From Phoronis australis (taxonomy: Eukaryota > Animalia > Phoronida), in the NCBI GenBank assembly GCA_002633005.1, contig NMRA01000191.1:1-64000 (forward strand): a stretch of DNA of 64,000 nucleotides, read 5' to 3'. The notes beneath the pieces were generated by a model, which searched no databases, was not told the DNA's origin, and worked only from the letters and a program-made list of their open reading frames with translations. This document shows, one piece after another, positions 1-13,712 of this stretch. The first letter of the stretch is position 1, and every line of letters begins with the position of its first letter. The translations under genes and the position numbers were made by a program.

Positions 1-3000
1 CCCCTTGCTGAAAACGTAGATCCGCCACTGTCTGGCCAATAGTTGGGAAAATAGTGGTTAAAATTTACGTTATTTTATGAACATGTAATTTGAGTGGACT
101 GTAAATTTTTTTCCGAAACGTGAGTGTGACTGAGTGAACTTTTCAAGTTTGCACGTGTATTCCAAATTCACGCATACGCGATCTTGACATTAAGCAAGAT
201 TCCAGAAGTTCACGCAGAACAGCGCATGTACGTGTGCGTGTACGTGTACGATCAGCCTCACACTATGAGGACGGTCCAGTCTAGAGGGACTGTGCAGGAG
301 ACTTCCAGCACATGGCTCTCCTGAGTGGAGATAGGTTTCCCCCTCCGACCCACGACCTCTTCGTCAGACCCACCAGATCGACCTAAAACTGACACCCAAA
401 GCCGGGTTAGGCGCCGTCAGGTTATCGACTTATCATCAGCTTCGCTGGGTCTGGCTAGAGAATCCCTGCATTTGATGACGATGTACTTGACTGGGGAAGG
501 GTTAGGATTCCATTCCTGATTGAAGAAGACGTTCACATAAGAAATGATCTCGCCCCCGTCAAAAATAGCTATAAGTGTTGTAAAATGGAAACAGAGCGTG
601 CACTGCTTTCAAACGCCAACTGCGAAGAAAGATTTGATAAAACTTATACAACTACCAGAAAAACTGATCGACTTAAAACTGCTGTTTATGATGGATACTC
701 TGGAGAAACACCTAAGAGGCTTCAAGCCCAATTAGGGACTAGTGGAATCGCTCGTAAGTTCGCCGATTTTTCTCCCACAAGGCAAAGCACGTCGCCTTAT
801 TTAGTAAATTTGGCAAGAAATTGACGTGGCACATTTCCTTGTATGGAAAATGGGACCTTTTACCTTTAATGTAACCAAAACAATGGCTACTAACTTCAAG
901 TTGGAGCCAATCTGATAAGGAGACACTTGATGCAAGTCCTTACTGTACGGTAAGTTAATGGCATAGTGGTATTCAAATCTAAACTTCATTTGGAATTATT
1001 TTTACCAATTGCTTGCTTCACTGATTTACCTCGGACTGTGTCTTAAGTATTTTCATATTCGTTTAAATTAACTTGACTTTTTTGTAAAATTTATTTTATG
1101 GGGTTTGATGGAAATAATGAATCCCAATAAAACAATTGCTGCGTCAGTAACACCAAACAGTGGCGATACACAGCACGCTTTTGTTACTAAGCTCGGTTTT
1201 GTGAGCATGAATTTTCTGATATGCTTAAATCACCATTGTTTTACGCCCATAATCCCGACAAAACAAAAACGGCACTCATAGACTTTATTTTCATAAAATG
1301 TACAGTCAGTATTAATAACGGTAAAGCTTCTGCTAGAAATCCGCGGCAGTATAGGTGTCACATTCCTGGCCGTTAGATGGCGATGTGACTTATCAGGCAA
1401 ACAGCCACAAATTCACATGATTACAGGGGTTCGAGCATGATTTCGTAACTCACTGCAATCAGACAAAACTTTAAGGCTTTTTACCTAGAATTTGAAGATT
1501 ACAGTCATGGTGTGTGGCTACAATGCAGCATACCTGGTCCTAGACACCCAACCAATCAAAAGAGTATTCAGGTGACCTCGTTGCCCGACTCATCAACAGT
1601 GGATGGCTTCTATTGGGAAACTTTTTTTTTTGAAAACTTGTCGCGTGTTCTGTCAGAAGCTTTACTATATGGCACAATTTACAATGGTCCAAAACAAGAG
1701 CATCACACTAAATATACGGTGGTTAAATAATCCAAAGGACAGTAAAATGTGTAAATAAAATGGAATCTTACTTTCGGGGAATGTCAGTACAGGTGCAACC
1801 AACCCATCTGAAACTATCGTAATTTGTAAATTCACTAGTACATTGAAGAGATTGAGTGTTAAATTCTAGTAGGGATTTCGATCTTAAATGTTTTAATTTA
1901 CAACCAGGTGTAGGATACATGATCCTTTCAAACAGCACGGTCATAGATAACTAACTACCACACACGATCTTGGGTATATAAAAGTACAACACACTGTCAC
2001 ACGCACGCGCACACAAACATTTAAAATACACGTATGTCTGCACAAAACGTTGAACATTTGTTTCGAAACAATAAAGTGGCACGCCGCGTGAACGAAGGTT
2101 TTATTATTAAACATGCTTTATAGTGATGGTGTTTGCGGCTAGGATAGGACACAGCAGTGCACTAAAACAATACTCACTGAAAAATGGAACTTTACATCTC
2201 AGTAGGGGACTTAAAGTTGTCGGGGAAAACTTGACATGGTAAAAAATAATGAATACGTGATTTCTTGGTGTCGGTATTGAAAATCCAAATCATTACATAA
2301 TCGGGAAATCTTATATCCATGGCCCGAGGGCAGGCAGTGTCCTAATCTACTACTAAGGGTGTGTTTTTTCTGTTCGTCGTCCTCGCTTTTTCAATTTTGA
2401 ATTTCAATTTGAAGTTGCCGATTTTCAACACTACGCGGCGTGCCTCTTTGAGTCATGTGATTTGGGAGTCTACTGGAAAATAGATGAAATTCTATGGTAA
2501 CAATTGGCGACGATATGCCAAACCGTACAGGCCATAAAAACAACATAACTGATTCTGGTCAGTGTTTTTTTCTTTCTAAAAATTGGTGCGGTGATGCGAT
2601 AACTTATACTTTTTATATTTTCAAAAAAATATCATTAGATGCCGACTGAAAGGAATTGGGATCTCAATGCCAGTTTTAAGGCGAAGGTTTTAAGATGAGT
2701 CGGACGCAGACCAGAGTCTTTGAATTAAATCGGCTACAAGCACACCTTCTATCACAAAAATAGCTTTTGATTAAGACCGTCAATCGTTATGAAAAGGGTC
2801 TCAAAATTTCCTTAGTGTCATTGTAGATAATTTCAGGGTTTCGAATAAACTGACAGTTCTTTAGTGTTTGAGACAAGGCTGTACAAGGTGTGTCATTTTG
2901 TGCCCGAGTATGGTCTCAGGGAGTAACGAACTGTCAGTTCTTTTCAAACCCAGAGATCACTTGACACCTGAGCAAGGAACAAGGTGAGACACCGGAAGTG

Positions 3001-5582
3001 GTCTACATCAAAAGTCTACTTCTTGAACGGAATGCAGGTTTATAACCGCTTCAAGCTATTATTTGGGGTTACACATATTTTTCCTACTTTGGACTCCCAA
3101 TTGATTGTAAATGTTTTAAAGATTCTCTTTCTCTTTTTACAAAATCAGAACGCTGTGAGAAGTTTCGTCATTAGGAACATTTTGAAGATTAAAGCCCCGA
3201 ACAATTTTTAAAGTTACACAAATTGACGCTATAAGTGTAAGTGATTTCGGCAGCCTTTTAATTCGAAAATCAAACCCAATTGTCTGTTTTAAGTTCATGA
3301 TTTAAAAAAGTGGCATTGAAAAAGTATCATTTCGCGAACAATTTTAGTGTAAATCGTTTTTTGGTGAAATTCTTTTTTTAAGCATTAACTGAGCTAAAAG
3401 GGAAAGAGCATCTTTATATCATCACATGTACCATAAATGCACGTATGTAGTCCCCTGCGTCTGTCTTTGAAGCTGCGCTAATATTCGGATTCAAGCACAT
3501 GCTCTGATGTCCCTAATACTTGAGTAAAACCAAGGTGCAACTTTTGTAATAGCTTGACGTCAATGCCTTTTTATGTCAGCTACCTAAATGAAACGCACTC
3601 ACAACACACAAAAGGCACAATGCACACAAAGCATTCTGTTAAAAGACATGTTCGTGTAAAACGGATAGGCAGTGCAGCTACAGGGAAGCTTAGGCGAATG
3701 TGGCGCCTGAGTGTGTTATTTTGGATATAGACTCATGGGCCCAGCTAAATACGTGCATATAGGGTATACTTCCTGATGATCAAGATTTTGTGCAAACAAT
3801 ATCTACCACTTCAGGACACATTTTTGTTCCAACTAGATTCTGAAAAATTCACTGTTCAGGCAAACCAATTAAAATGACGAGATTGGATTAAAATTAAACA
3901 AACTACGCAATCCTCAGACAACTGAATCGTTTTGTTCCGAAAATTTCTTCACTTACGCTGAACGACAGAAATTTTCACAATCTAGTAAAGGTACGCATCT
4001 CTTTCCCATAAGGTGTGGAACTGCTCCTCACAGGAAAGGGGTGTTGAATACAACTGAACACCGGTAACCACTTGGACGATCCAAGCAACAATGGGAAAAG
4101 AAAGCGAGAGACGCACAAGATGAATAAGCCTATTCATCATGTCTCTTATCAAGAACTACAGACGATCTGTAGCCGGGGAAGTCTTTGCTAGAGGTCTTCG
4201 TGTATAAGAGTCGTCATAGAGGTTTGGAAAGCTAGCTTTCGTGGAATTTAACTTCAAAACTGTTCATGAATGTGAAATCTCAGAGCAGATCAATGTGCAG
4301 GAATTCAACAGGACTCCTGTTGCATAGCAACCTGAATACTCTGAAGAATCAAGGAATAGTTATACATTGCAACGTGCATAAGAATTGTCCAGGAGGTCAC
4401 CGTGTTCACACTGTAACAGTCATAATAGAAAAAGTACAGTGACACTCGCCACCCGCATGATACTTGGAAATGTATTTGGACACCAGACGACATGTAGGAA
4501 GCCGGCGGTTAAATCATAAAAAGTACAAGGCGCACAGCATGAAACGGCACTTCACGACTTAGCAATACCCTGAAATGAGCGTCAAGAAGAAGTGCGCCCA
4601 GTCAGTTTTTGTAGGGCTTGCCAATGCTTCCATCACGAGATCCGGTGTCCAGAACATCCAAAAGTGTTTCCACTAAAATTTGTGTTTTACTGAAAGACGG
4701 TGCAACAAGGCACCACCCGACTGCATCCGCGGGACAAAAATGTGCTTAGGCCTACAGGGGCATTTTTCCGACACTGCTGGCAAATAGTCTGCATAAATCA
4801 AAGAGACGTACACCCTTCGTTGTAGATGTTGATGCAATTTGAAATCTAGTACAAAGCAATTTCAAATCCATGCCAGGGTTTTTAGTGATAACTTCGATTT
4901 TATGTGAAAAAATATGAATATTACCATTTCCCTAATATCAATAGCGAAGTACAAAAACGGTAAGTTATAATGACTTTATTTTTGTCATTGTTTATTAATG
5001 ACTTGAACTTATTTGAAGTTTTTTTGATACCAGTGACTATGCTAATGATTTAGCCTCTAAAGATCGGTTAATTTTCACAAAATTGACAATTTTGAGTTTT
5101 TTGTGAGTGTATTTTGGTTTTCTCTTAGATTAAAATAGTGATTGAACAATCAATTTGTTTTGTTTTGCTTTTAAGCCTTTCTGGAGGGATTCTGTATTCT
5201 CTTTATATTACGCTACGTCACAGAAAGGAGTCCTTTCAAAATAAAAAAAATCCAAGAAAACGAATAACTCAAAAAAGTTTTTTTTTCTTTACATTTTTCC
5301 AGTTCTGAGTCAACTCTAACACATTGACGAGGAACATGGGAAATTATCGCAGTTTCCTACCTCCCTCAACCACGTGGTTAGAACAACATACAAAAAGATC
5401 ATTACTAACGCTGCCCACAATACGATATGAGGATTTGAAAATACAATCATGTCATGAGACAAAAAACTCAGATATCACTTGCAGGGTGAAGCCTATGAAA
5501 ATTTTTGTTTCGCGGATGCAGTACACACGCCTGAGGGTGACCCCAGCCCCCGGCCCAAATTCACATACACGCCAGCGTGTTG

Positions 5583-8500
5583 TTATCTCTCCGACTGTGT
5601 GCCTAATCCCATGACATGTTTTGCCGAAGTGTCTTCAATGCGACCGTTTTCCAATGCCGCTTCAAGATCGTGGTCTTGCGCCTCCTGTAGAAATATTGTA
5701 ACTAAGTGAGAAGCGAAGGTACCTAAGAGTGCATAGGCAGATCCCCCACCCCTCTTTTTTCCCTTGATTTCAGTGATTTCAACTTGTTTACTGGAATCCC
5801 CTTTTAAAAAATCTTTGATCCGCCCCTGCCGTGCCTTTTACTGCGTACAACAATTAGACCTTGCCATTAATACCTCCATTAAACATACAGTACAAGTAGA
5901 AAATATTCAGACTAAATTACTTGGAATTTTTATTTTGTGTATATCTTCATGGCGGTCAAGGTCTTTGTTGTAGAGCCTTATGCTTATTAGTCATCGGTAC
6001 GGGAATTGTTTATATGTGTGGATACTACGTTATAGAGCAGACATGAAAAACAAGCAGTTGGTTTTAAATGTGAAAAAATGGAAATCTGCATTCTCCTGTA
6101 CATCATAGCATGTTAAAGTTTTTTCTCATGTGTATTTTTTTACAAAGGGCAATGCCAAATAACCACAAATCTCCCTTACTTCCTGAATAGGCAAGCGTAG
6201 TTCATCGCCATTGGCCATTTCGTGCTGACCTCTAATTTCTGCAGGTGGCTCAACCTGCGCTTGACGAAGCATCGGCTCCCCAGCGTCTAAAGCAAAAATC
6301 AGAAATAAGCTGTTGGTTGGTGACTTTGGAAATTAAAAAAAAAAACAAGGAATGCCGAAAAATAGGGTTCACCGTAACATATTTTCATTCGAAGATGCAT
6401 AGCCTCAATGAAACATGGCTTTGAAGATTCAAATTTTCCTATTTTCAGCTACTGCAATTGTGCTAAATAAGAGAACCATGCATGCACACTCCTTCACATA
6501 AAAATGAAATCGTCACCTTGACCTTGCCTTTGTCTTCCACATTTCAAGCACCCAAACTTCATCTTATCCCTGTATTTGAATATTGTGATCACTGCAATGA
6601 TCAATAAAGCAATTGAAGGGACGATAAACGATACAGCTAGCGCATCTGATGATGGAGACGAAGAGTTTCCTTTCGTTTCTATAGACAGCTCTGGTGGAAT
6701 GGTGGGGTTCCCGAGCGTAGGCATGGTCCCCGGTATCCAGAAACGGCAATCTGAAAAGAATCGAGCTACTCACACAGTGGTCGTAAAATCTGTGCATGTA
6801 ATTCGGAAACACCAATGAGGGCCCAGGGAGTAATTAAAGAGCAGCATTTTCTTCCACCAAGGACTGTGGACATAAAGTCACCAATGTTCAATGTTTTAAT
6901 GTTATGTAGGACCTTATCGACATGTCTTGCACTTAGCAAAATGTCTAGAAAACTATAGATTTTAACTCACCAAAAGCAGTGGCGGATTTAAGGTGCCATG
7001 CCCCCCCTAAAATTCTACCAGATACCATTTGGGAGTTCTGGTGCGCGCAAGCAGGGGCTCGTAGGGGGTGAATAAACAACGCATAGGCCCTGAACAAACC
7101 CCGTTTACCGTTTTTATTTTTTTTAGTTAACAGGTCCGCAACCCCAAACATTCGAGGCCTTTCCGTCCCCACATTTTAGGCTGGGCGCGCGCATCTGTCG
7201 AAATTTTGGTTATTCCCGTCCCTGGCCCCCCTAACTCTAAATCCTGGATCCGCCCCTGAAAAGTATATATTATCTGAAAGTAAAAGGCCTCATAGAAACG
7301 TAAAATTAATTGAATTCCTCGCCCTTGTGATTAATACAAAATAGCACTTGTTTCCGACAAAAATGATTACCAAACATAACCATGCTTTCATTTTTAATTA
7401 GCAAGGTCTTCAGACATTATTGTGAAGACCTACAATTATCTAAAATGTTGTCTGGCGGCAGCCATGATACTGATTTTAAACTGTATATGGTAATAATTAC
7501 ACACCAATGCAACAGTGACGATGGTACTTTGAATATGTTGTACATTTTACATGTCACAGAGTTAACAACTAGCGACAAAATAAACCAAAGACAAAATACC
7601 CTTGCAATTAGGATCACCCAGACAAATTCGTTGATGTTTTTCTCTTTTGCTTTTACAAAGAAATTCGCAGGAACGGTATTCCTTCACGCCTTTGTCAAAA
7701 TGGTGAGCCTTTTTGCAGCTTCCCATCTGAAAAACAAAAGAATTCGTTTCAAGAATAGCATGCTAAATACTGGGTCAGCGAAATAAGACATAGTTTGTGA
7801 CAATCTTTTTAAGATCCAACAGGGACTGAAAAATTGAACTTTCACGCGTATCTTGGCTTGTGGAGTAGATTTGAGCCTTTCACGAGAAAAAAGATAAGAA
7901 TGATGGACTTCAGTTGAGTAACATCGGGCAAGCCAGGGCGATTATTCGGAAGGGGGAGGGGTGTAAACGGATAGCTGCATAAAACTATGTTGTTTTCATT
8001 TTCAATCAATAAATACCAAGTTTGCCAAGACTGTATTCTTTGTTAACAAATGATATATGAATTGGCTTTTAAGATGAACTTTTCCGAATAAATGTCCCAA
8101 TGTCTGAACACTTGAAAGCCCCAAAGTTGTAACACTACATAAACGTCCATGGCATGGGCGTTTCATTGGGTGGGCCTTTTTGTGGAAATTCCCGGCAGTG
8201 ATGCTTATGGCGGGTAGGAAGACGGTCAGAACCAGGGCTCCTTTTGCTGGGCTGAAACGGATATTTAGGAGGCCTATTGAACACCGTGTGAGTCCTGCAA
8301 GAATTGCCGAGAAAGTACAGTCTACACGCAATATCTGGTACTGTACATTGTTTGCGAATGTGGTCACCTTGTCAATGTGAGTGCTCCCTGGGTTCATTCC
8401 TTGCATAGGTCTGACTGGATATGGTGTATCTTGAAATGCACTGGCGACCAAACCACAGCGCCCGCCACAACGGCCCTTACAAAGGACAAATAATTCTTCC

Positions 8501-11500
8501 AAAAACCAGTTGTTCGTTTTTTGAAATAAACACATAACCCGTACATCATGTTTATCGCGCAAGACACCTTTGCAGGCCCGTAGGAAGGCAACGAGTATTG
8601 ACCATTTCGACTTCGCCAAACAACTCCCATCGGCCACCACCAGGGCCACCCCCCCCCCCCCTTCNNNNNNNNNNNNNNNNNNNNNNNNNNNNNNNNCCCC
8701 CCCCCCCCCCCCCCCCCGTTCTCCCGTGCCACCATGTCTGTACCGAAACTCCCATGTCCACCCTAGGTAGGGGGCACAGTGGCGGATTTAGGGGGGCAAG
8801 GGGCCTATGATCCCTCTAAAATTCTCCCAGATTCATTATGGCAGTTCGAGGGAGCGAATTTCTGACGGACAAAACCCTGGCTAATACTCTGACGTGCACG
8901 GGTCAATCAAACAATTCAGTTTTGAAAAACAAAAACAAAAATTCATTGCTCAAAACTACTGGAAACTAAAAAACACCAAGAGAGTGCAATGACAACCTAT
9001 TTGGGGATCCAATTATAGAGTTTTTGCAAATTCAGGCTGCAATTAAATTTATGGAAACATCATCAATTCTTACAAGATTAGCTTATAATTGTCAAAAATC
9101 ATCTTTGAATCTATCGATTTTCGTAGATACATAACCAAGTAAATTAGAAACCAGCGAATTTGTTTATCAAAACGGAATGTTATAAGCAATTTCTGCCTGC
9201 ATGCTAGCAGACGGGTAACAGGGGAATATGTGAAATGGGGCATTGGTATCAAGGTGTATTTTTGCTCATTTTAGAGGTATCCATAGCGATTCACGAGGTA
9301 AAGTTGAACTCCACTGTCAAAAAAACGTTGAAATCTTTGTTCATGATTGCGAGAGTTCTTTGAGTACCCCCTTCCGACATGTACACGGTCATCACATGTA
9401 GTAGCCTAGTCAGCAGTGTTTTCACATTTGGGAATTCCTTACACACAACTCATAGTAACCATCTTCAAAAGATATACTATTCTTGTGATACTATGGGAAA
9501 CAGTAACATTATTTTATAACGTACCACCGGAAAAAGTCCTTTTCATATATAGTGGTCTTCACGTTCTTCAAAATTCCACCCTTCGATGGCGGTCAATCTT
9601 ATTGTACTTTTTCACGTTTTTGGTTGTTTGTGTCGAATGTTTTGATACTGCTGTGCTGTGCACAAATGATTTGTGTTTTTTCATGAATTTGGAATCTTAC
9701 CTTCCCTCGTCAATACTTGGCAGTGTCGTATTTACATGTATAGACGGACAAAGGGACATTTCCCCCGAATTGCTCCACCGAGAAAGGGTCCCGTTTGGAG
9801 TGGAACACCTTACGATGAAAGGCTAAACCTCATTAAGCTTGGAAAAAGAGTGGCAGTTCATTCCACCGCCATGTGGTCCTAAAACGAAGCAGGGAGTGAG
9901 TTCCTTCAACAGGAAGCTTAAGCCGGTTGTACGATTTCACGAAAACAGGAAAATATAGGTAATCGATTCCAACATTGGGCCCTCTCTCCGTGAGCGGCCT
10001 CTTAAGAATTTGCCAATAAAAACACAAAAAGGGTGGCCGCTTGAATGTCATCAGAGGCCTCCTTCAAGGACGGGGCCCTTAAATATGAAAATTTCTATAT
10101 TTTCAAAAATCAGAAATTGATGTTATCTGTTAGTTTATCAATTTTTCTCAAGTGATATACAATTTAGAGAAAAAATAGATCGAAAGTTGACTCCGTTATC
10201 CCTTGCCAGAGAGAGGCCTCCGGAAAAATATAGTTCTGCATTCGCAAAATTGACTTATCGAATTTAAAAACCCAGTAAATTAGTACACTCCGCAAAAGCT
10301 TCGCTTTACACATTTTCTTGATTTTTCAAAATATATGTATGATTGTTTACGTGCACGTTTTCAAATGTGTTTAGACGACCTGTGCTGCAAAAGCGGAGAC
10401 CCTAACGACAATGTCCTGGCCAAGGCCTTCAAAATGTAAACCATGCAGTGATACAGAGTTGTTAATTGTTCTCTTGAATTTTCTGTCTTATACGTATTTC
10501 GCAGTCTTTCGTTTCTCAACTGTCCCCGGCCCCTACGCCTATGTCGGTTGCCATGGTTTAACCCTGACGCCTGAAAATTTTTTTGGGGGGCTGTGCCCCC
10601 CCCCGCCCGCTTCCTACGGGCCCTGCTTGCCCATACACCGGTCAAATTCAAGTTACGTACGTGTGACGTGTAATACCACCACTGACAAGGCACGACATGT
10701 GAGATAAAAACGTTGCGCGTCGATTCACCTGAATATTAGGGTTGCCGTATCACAGTATTTTTCTCAATCATATCAAAATGCTTTGCTTTTCGTTATTACA
10801 GCAAATCACAATATTATTAGGGTGAAACCCCCATTTTTTCGAGGTGGTTTACTTGGGGTTTACCTACGCTGGCGGTGTCGTTTTTGTTTTGCTGGCGACG
10901 TTTTTTGTTATTTTTTTCTAACCCTGTCCCAAGGGGGGGGGGTTTAAACCCCGGCCCTGAACCCCCCCCCCTTGTGTAGATACGCCACTGTGGCATACAA
11001 TTAGACAAATTTGGGAAACAGGGTTACCATGCCCAATCATGAAGTTCCTATCCTTAATGTTTCCAACCCACTTCCAGTCGGAGACTACCTACTTAAATCA
11101 GTTACAGAGGAGACAAATAAGGGACGTCATTGCTCAAGAGTGGACATTTCTCCATATGGTAAGTTTTACCGACATCAAACTATCCCGTCCAATATCCTTC
11201 AAAATTTCACACTGACTACCTCAGACCAGATCATGGGCGGCACAGCACTGAAAAAAGTGGGGGACTATAGCCCCCCCNNCCCCCCTGTGGTGCACCACTC
11301 CGACATAGACCATGGGCGCCGGAGCACTGAAAAAGTGGGGCTAGCGCCGGAGCACTGAAAAAGTGGGGCTATAGCCCCGCCAGCCCCCTATGGTCCGCCG
11401 CCCATGCAGATATCACTATAAAAATGTGAACACTATGTCAACACCAATGAAACAGCAGAAATGAGAAGTAGGCCACAGCTCGTTGGCTTCCGCTATAGAT

Positions 11501-13695
11501 TAGTATATTGTTTTGACTGAGTGTTAGTATTGCAGTTACGATAAATGTACCACCGATACTTTCCTACTCGACCGTATTGGCCAAAACAGTACGATGACTC
11601 ATGAGGTCTGAGTCAAAATCCTCTTTGACTCCTACAAAAGACCTAGCACGAGACCAGGACTGCGGCAAAGTAATATGCACACTATTCCATCTTCCCTCAG
11701 CCAAGCCTTCAGGAAATCTACCATATTAACTTGTATTGACAACTGGAATTCCTTACCATCCAAAATTAAAGAAAGGTTAGCACTTCAATCGTCACTCTAA
11801 AAAATAACTTTAAAATGCATACTACTACTCAAGAGTTGCCAGTCCCATTGACATCGTTCCAACTTCCTGGCAACCATGAAATAACCCTATACAGATCAAG
11901 ATGTGGTCTATTCCTAAACAACGAGAAATTTAGACATAATTTTAATAATATTTCGCCTCTGTGTTGCTGTGGAGACGCACAGACAAATGTTCATGTTTTC
12001 TTTGCTTGTGAGGTATGCAAGGAGCAGAGGGTACAGCTTTTCCAGACACTCGAACAATACCCCAATATTTATAAAAAATATTCTGAAATTCCGCAAGTGT
12101 ACAACAAAACTTTTTTTTTTCGATATGGAAGTCAAGAACTCAACCCAAATGAAAATAAGGTTTTATTCGAAATAGTATCAAAATTTCTTTATAATATTAA
12201 ATTTCTTTGTGTGAGTGGATAGAATTGTATACATGTGTATGAAAATGATTCATTTACTTTCGTAATCATATGTCATTGTAATCTTAACAACAGTTTTTTT
12301 AATTTATGTATTTGTGTAAAATAATTGTATACAGATTTCTTTTTATGTATTTGTGTAAAATAATTGTATACAGATTTCTTTTTATGTATTTGTGTAAAAT
12401 AATTTTATATAGATTTCTTTGTACTTTTTTAACCCAGATATAATGCCTCTTGGCGCTTTCTGGGTTATGTATATTCATTGTATCGAAGATTTCGTAATAA
12501 ACATCACAAAAAAGGTCTGAGTCAAGTTGATCGACACTTGCCACGGCGACACGGTACACAGAGTGTAGACAGGCAATCAGCCAAGACATCCTTGTGTTAC
12601 TGAGGAGTAGAAGTGATGCTTTATCTTCTTAAAGATGTACATATCGCTGGTAATCGTCTGCTTTGATTTTCTCAGTAAATAATTTGAACGTACTCACCTT
12701 CAGTAAAAGGTACAAATTTCCATATATATATATATATATATATATATATGACCCTGACATAATTCTTGGTCTCCAGTTTTCTACATAATGAATGTGTATT
12801 AAAGAATGCTGTGCCACAAACTTTTCATATACCACGCGAACACGCAATGCGAGCACTACCAGACACTGGGGATTTTTTTTTGGGCACATAATGAAAATTA
12901 GGGGGGGGGGGGCGGGCTGACATGNCCAAGATTACATCGACCAATGCTAAAGCGCGTGCCACTAGGTGATACCTGCGTGCTGGCTGGGCTAAGCACGCAG
13001 GGAACCAGCGAGGTTTACATGCAGACAGCCACGCATGCGCAATTTAATCACCACTAGTACAGCAGCGACACCAAGAGGAGAATTCTCCGAATAGCCCCAT
13101 TGGAAACCCTTACAAAATTGAACTTAAGTTTTTCGCAGAAAACTTAAGTTTTTGACGGAGTGGGTACCCTAACCGAGACGATGTCAAATGACGAAACCTC
13201 GCAGTCGCCACATGTTTGATTGCCAACTCTTGACGATCCCTGAGATATAAAGTACCCGTCAGAATTCACGCCTAACCCAGGCTTTGCATCGAATCAAACC
13301 ATACGTGAGAAGTTAAACGCCGCTATGCCCTCAGCGTAGGTCAGTTAAGTTATCAATGCGTGGCTGGTTAACCTGCATGAAAACTTATCACTAAGGCAAG
13401 GTTAATTGTGTTCATGAGTCCAATGGGTGTCTCTGCTCGTGAAAAGATTGTTCGAGAACAATAGCGCCTGATGTATTATTCAGACATGAATGTATATTAG
13501 GCCTGTAGGGCCTATATAGCTGAGGCTACACTCGGATGCACTAGGCCTAATGAATGTTGTTTCAAACACCAAAAACTCAAAATTAGTCCATAAACGTTTG
13601 CGCAGTGAGTCATAAAACCAAGTTAAGCCGACTTTTAGTAACTTGTCGACAAAATACAAACCAGTTCACCGTGACTGATGCAGACTCACCTTCAT
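5583..13695 (-). CDS. Putative type III (no signal peptide) TNF-receptor-superfamily-like protein, BCMA/TACI/BAFF-R-like, paralog A (~191 aa)
   Basis: Manually spliced GT-AG exons in consistent phase: 13695-13690 (GCC-ATG AAG|gtgagt); 7726-7600 (MGSCKKAHHFDKGVKEYRSCEFLCKSKREKHQRICLGDPNCK, a CRD); 6750-6517 (DCRFW..stalk..SDALAVSFIVPSIALLIIAVITIF-KYRDK, a TM helix plus basic stop-transfer); 6286-6180 (..ELRLPIQE); 5684-5583 (EAQDH..SER*). Intron phases 0,1,1,0 match paralog B. The family call rests on Cys spacing, topology and the PIQEE TRAF motif, not on a database search. Confidence 0.72.
6977..7258. mobile_element. Non-autonomous DNA transposon (MITE) with CAGKGGCGGAT termini and a 5-bp TSD
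   Basis: Starts CAGTGGCGGATT and ends GATCCGCCCCTG, flanked by AAAAG at 6972-6976 and 7259-7263. Related ends occur at ~1-30, ~5815-5828, ~8777 and ~10990. Confidence 0.7.
11232..11406. mobile_element. MITE with CATGGGCGGC TIRs and 5-bp TSD (CAGAT)
   Basis: CATGGGCGGC...GCCGCCCATG with CAGAT at 11227-11231 and 11407-11411. The internal motif gcactgaaaaagtggggct is repeated. A related 5' end occurs at ~29014-29050. Confidence 0.72.
11570..12420 (+). mobile_element. Degraded 3' fragment of a non-LTR retrotransposon (CR1/L2-type ORF2 C-terminus plus repeat tail)
   Basis: NWNSLPSKIK at ~11741, then ORF 11815-12222 with LNNEKFRHNFNNISPLCCCGDAQTNVHVFFAC (a CxC..HxxxxC knuckle typical of LINE ORF2 C-termini). 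Frames are disrupted upstream, and an AT-rich tandem-repeat tail follows. Confidence 0.7.
12303..12420. repeat. 39-bp minisatellite x3
   Basis: Unit tttatgtatttgtgtaaaataattgtatacagatttctt starts at 12303, 12342 and 12381. Confidence 0.9.
12722..12749. repeat. (AT)n microsatellite
   Basis: Direct reading. Confidence 0.9.
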
Positions 13696-13712
13696 GGCTG
13701 GATTGCTGAATT

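Noticed and set aside
1772-1807. Possible 36-nt minus-strand micro-exon (ag..DGLVAPVLTFPE..gtaag)
   Set aside because: No partner exons could be linked within the window, and it lies beyond receptor A's stop codon.
5583-6286. Search for a death domain or second CRD in the receptor genes
   Set aside because: The tails are short and look disordered, and no additional CRD exon was found in either first intron by eye. Fas/TNFR1-type or two-CRD TACI architecture is not supported.
8002-8649. Longest ORF in the track (215 aa, minus strand)
   Set aside because: It has no recognisable domain, no convincing splice sites and begins beside a poly-G/N gap. It lies in a repeat-rich intron and is probably a chance frame in a transposon remnant.
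12303-12420. Regularly spaced direct repeats, superficially CRISPR-like
   Set aside because: These are head-to-tail 39-bp units without spacers, at a LINE tail in a eukaryotic genome with no cas genes.
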